Positions 60,484 through 64,000 of a stretch of DNA of 64,000 bases are shown piece by piece. A model generated the notes under the pieces. The model made no database searches and was not told where the DNA came from. It was given only the letters and a program-made list of their open reading frames with translations. Location of the stretch: assembly GCA_043228905.1 (NCBI GenBank), contig JBHGNT010000001.1, positions 14,384,001-14,448,000 on the forward strand. The letters are read 5' to 3'. Source of the stretch: Azolla caroliniana. Its lineage: Eukaryota; Plantae; Polypodiophyta. A program made the position numbers and the translations under genes. Each line of letters opens with the position of its first letter. Position 1 is the first letter of the stretch.

Positions 60484-61666
60484 CCACAATTTGGCCGACT
60501 GAGACCAAATTCTTCGTTATGGTGGGTACATGTAAGACATTTTTGATGCGAGTTTGTTTGCCTTCTTTCCCGAATGGGACATTGCCGACATGCCGAATCA
60601 GATGAGTGGTGTCATCTCCGGTCTCAACATAACTGGGTCGATCCAACTCTCCTAAGTCTCTGAACCATTCTTGATGGGACGCCATATGGTTCGAGGCACC
60701 GGAGTCAACGAACCATACATCTTCCGGATTGGAGATATTAGTCGAAGTAGAGGCAGGCATAGAATTTGTTGTATGTCTCATCACGACCATTCCTCCATGG
60801 TCTTCATAATCAGAGTTGGTGGCGAAATTTGTGAGTTGTCAGCTTGTGGAAGCTGGCTCACGCTTCTTCTTTTGGCACCCTTCTTCATGGTGGCCGATTT
60901 TTCTACAATATCCGCATTCGATCGAGGTTTGTTGGCTCAGACCGGAATGGAAGCTCCCCCTTCTTCCGAAGGTTCCTCGATGGCTTCCGTCTTGTTGCCA
61001 AATTTGGGAGTTGTTGTCGTAAATCAGACCTCATCCGCCTCGTCCTTGGCTGAATCGGCCTCTTGCTCAGCCACGTCCTCTTCCTCCATTCGAATGTGTG
61101 TAGAGCATGTTCAACTCTTGGTGGAGTTGAACCTTTCGTGTTGTCATATTGGCAGAGAATATTTTCCTTAGATTCTCCCATGCTTCCTCTGGCGTCGTGG
61201 CTTCTCAAATGTAACGGAGCATGTGGTCATGAACATGTCCCCAAGCAATACATTACTCGACTCATCGCTTGCTCCCACGTTGAGTAGTGGGCATCCTTTG
61301 GGTCGGGTCGATTTCTTGTGCTCCTTTGATGTACCTCCAATAACCTTGACCGACAAGGTATTGGTGCATCTTGTATTCCCAAGATGCGAAGTTGTTTCGG
61401 TCCAACTTCTCGGTAGGGAGGGTGCTCCCCATTTGAGTATTCATGGTGTTCGATGTAGATGTCTTGCTTCTTCTTCTCTCTTGAATACGAGCTATGTAGC
61501 GGCACTACGATAGCGATGAACCGGATTTCTTTGAGTCGTCGGCGTAGACACAACACACGATCACGATGAGCCGAGTGGGCTAGATCAAGCTACCAAATCA
61601 TATTAATACCATGTAAAGAATCGATGGTGATTCTTGTGCGGCAGAATAGGTTAGAGATGTGTGTTA

Positions 61667-61703
<37 letters not shown>

Positions 61704-62117
61704 AAGGAGAGGAAAGAAACATAAGATAGATAGAATGGAAAATAGAAAATATTCAAGAAGATGTATATTACAAAGCAGGAGAAGACACTCTCTCTCTTCA
61801 TTAACTACCGAAGCTCATGAGTCATGGGGAATGTGGAAACTCATTAGTTATGTGTCATAGAATATGATTCTATGACACATAGTTAATGTGTAAAGAGTAG
61901 TGGTGTTGTTGGAAAGCCGGTCCCTCCGGATGGGATTCGGTTATGAATGAAGAGGACCTGGTGAGAACCAGAAGAGAAGACATATTTGTAAATATGTTAA
62001 GCTTACTAAGGCTATATTTGTAAATAGTCCTAAGTTCATATGAGTATAAATATGACCTAGGGCAATCACATTATAGTTGAGTGTGAGTTGTCATATTGTT
62101 GTATGAGTATAACTGTT

Positions 62118-62153
<36 letters not shown>

Positions 62154-62522
62154 TACAGAGATATACTCTATTGTAATCGTCAGTTGGCGAAGATACAGAG
62201 CTCGAGGTTGTTGCGTCCGAGTCTTTGATTGTAACTTTCTATATATAGTGATAGCTTGGAGTCTGTGGGCTCTTGTGGTTTTTTCCCATTAGGGTTTTCC
62301 ACGTAAACATCCTATGTACTCTCTATTGTTCGTGTGTGTACGCACGTTCAGTCCTTACTTCCCATTTCTATGTTTGATTCTCATAGAAGTTATTCAAGAC
62401 TCGGTTGTGGCCGAGCAATATTCCGCGCTATTCTCAATAGGTGTGACTTTTGACATTTGAGTGTTCATACACTCTCAAGGGTGTGTTCACACACTAGGCT
62501 AGGTTGAGCTTGATTCTCAACA
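60484..62522 (-). mobile_element. 5' part of degenerate copia element I: LTR 61612-62522, PBS remnant, gag from 61444, protease
   Basis: MNTQMGSTLPTEKLD, WFVDSGASNH; LTR resembles 31547-31903. Confidence 0.82.
61907..62439 (+). mobile_element. Solo LTR (533 bp) related to E and F, inside the LTR of element I
   Basis: TGTTGG...CGGTCCCTCCGGATGGGAT start, U5 hairpin motif, TSD GGTGT. Confidence 0.88.
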
Positions 62523-62890
62523 CTATCTATCTATGTATCTCTCCCTGTTAGAACGACTTAGATGAGCTTTATATAGTTAAGCCCTAACTAGCTCATGTGT
62601 TCACACTAGAGATACAATTGGTAGAGTAGGCCTTTTAGGCCAACAAACTCCCCCGTAAAAGGACTACTCTATATGGGTATAAAACCTGTTGGGGTTATCT
62701 CCCATGTAAACCTAGATTACAATGTGAATCTAAATTACAATTTATAAATACAACTCAATCGGTTTATGGACGAATCGACAGAGGTAAAGTCTAAGTCTAG
62801 CCTAATTCGGCTAGTTGTCTAGATCATGTATTGTCTAGATAGGCTTGTCCAGGTCGACCGAATCCACTAGTATTACCCGTAGGAGTGTAC

Positions 62891-62941
62891 GGGGCATGTA
62901 ATGGAATATAGAACTTTTCCTTCTCATTTCTATGTCTCATT

Positions 62942-63014
<73 letters not shown>

Positions 63015-63641
63015 TGTAACCCCCCCTTCCCTCCCCCTTGGGAGTGGCTCCAACCCCCACCCCATAAACACTTGGTACACCCGAACGATCGACCCTCCCT
63101 TGAGTAGAAGTCTCTCTCTCCGTCTTTGTTCCTTTGTGTTTGTGTGTTGGTGCAGCTGAAGAAATGGTGGGTGTTCCATGAGAGGAGCTTCTTCAGTTTC
63201 CCCCACCCCACTCTCCCCTTTAGAGGAGTCTATCTCTCACTCTCCCTCTCTAGTTTGTGAGTGGACTCTTTGTATGAGAGCCAGCCTGTGATGGAGATCT
63301 CAATATCGACATTCCCTTCTTCTTTCCCGTCTGCTTCTTCTCAAAAACCCCTAGGTAGAGTGGGTAGAGCTCCATAAGGACTTCTTTAAGTTTGACACAG
63401 ACTGTGATGGAAGGTTCAACATCTAAGAGATCGGGAACTCCAAGGAGAGGATTGGAATTTTTATCTCCCTTTCTGATCCCTCATCTTTGATCTGATGAGC
63501 ATATGATGATGGCTCTGGTCACGGTGAATATAGTTTTTATAGATTTCTGTACTCTATGGGGCATGTAATGGAATATAGAACTTTTCCCTCTCATTTTTGT
63601 GTCTCATTGTCTCTCTCTCTCTCCCTCTCTCTCTCCCTCAC
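62891..63641. repeat. Direct repeat GGGGCATGTAATGGAATATAGAAC...(CT)n at 62891 and 63558 in unclassified, probably LTR-derived DNA
   Basis: Two similar blocks 667 bp apart, each ending in a CT microsatellite. Confidence 0.6.
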
Positions 63642-63644
63642 GGG

Positions 63645-64000
63645 TTTTGAGGAATAATGCGGAATACTGCTCGGCCACAACCGAGTCTTGAATCACTTCA
63701 ATAAGAGTGCAACACAAGGATGGGAATAGACGTACACACAAAAGAGAGTGCACAGGATGTTTACGTGGAAATCCCTAAATGGGAAAAACCACGGGAGCCC
63801 ACAGACTCTGAACTATCACTATGAAGAGAAAGGGTACAATCAAAAACTTGTAGGCAGTGACCTCGAGCTCGGTTTCTTCGCCAGGTGGCGGTTACAACAG
63901 AGTATCACTCTATATGTCTCTCCCTCTCTCTCTGTCGCTCTCTCTATATTACAGTTACAACAACAATAACGACTCTATATAAAGTGATTGCCCTAAGTCA
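63645..64000 (-). repeat. R/U5 part of a Tork-like LTR running off the window
   Basis: Reverse complement resembles 62050-62439, including GCTCGGCCACAACCGAGTC. Confidence 0.75.

Noticed and set aside
1531-63969. The many short antisense and overlapping ORFs in the track
   Set aside because: Shadow frames of GC-rich retroelement coding sequence or microsatellites, with no independent support

Overview
Plant nuclear heterochromatin-like DNA made almost entirely of nested LTR retrotransposons; no host protein-coding gene is recognisable. A mitochondrial nad4 fragment with an intron and many unedited codons suggests a vascular plant, possibly a fern or lycophyte (inference). Three Tork/Tnt1-like copia elements have intact gag-pol ORFs, paired LTRs and 5-bp TSDs (5019-10556, 33735-39147, 48645-54109). 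They sit inside older copia and gypsy elements. The window also holds solo LTRs, a ~1.2-kb tandem array of degenerate tRNA-Arg genes, a nad4 NUMT and a LINE fragment. The best candidate for a new system is a non-chromovirus gypsy family (full copy 1188-16825, diverged relative 57390-60483). It has no polypurine tract. In its place is a sense copy of the 3' part of tRNA-Arg(UCU): a T-arm with an inserted hairpin, the acceptor strand and CCA, ending 2 nt before the 3' LTR and complementary to the element's own PBS. The same family carries a conserved ~1030-codon extra ORF. Other highlights are an LTR family inserted twice at ACGT (4-bp TSD) and two nearly identical copia copies that differ by an R-U5 swap. 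Coordinates were read by eye; element letters are my own labels.
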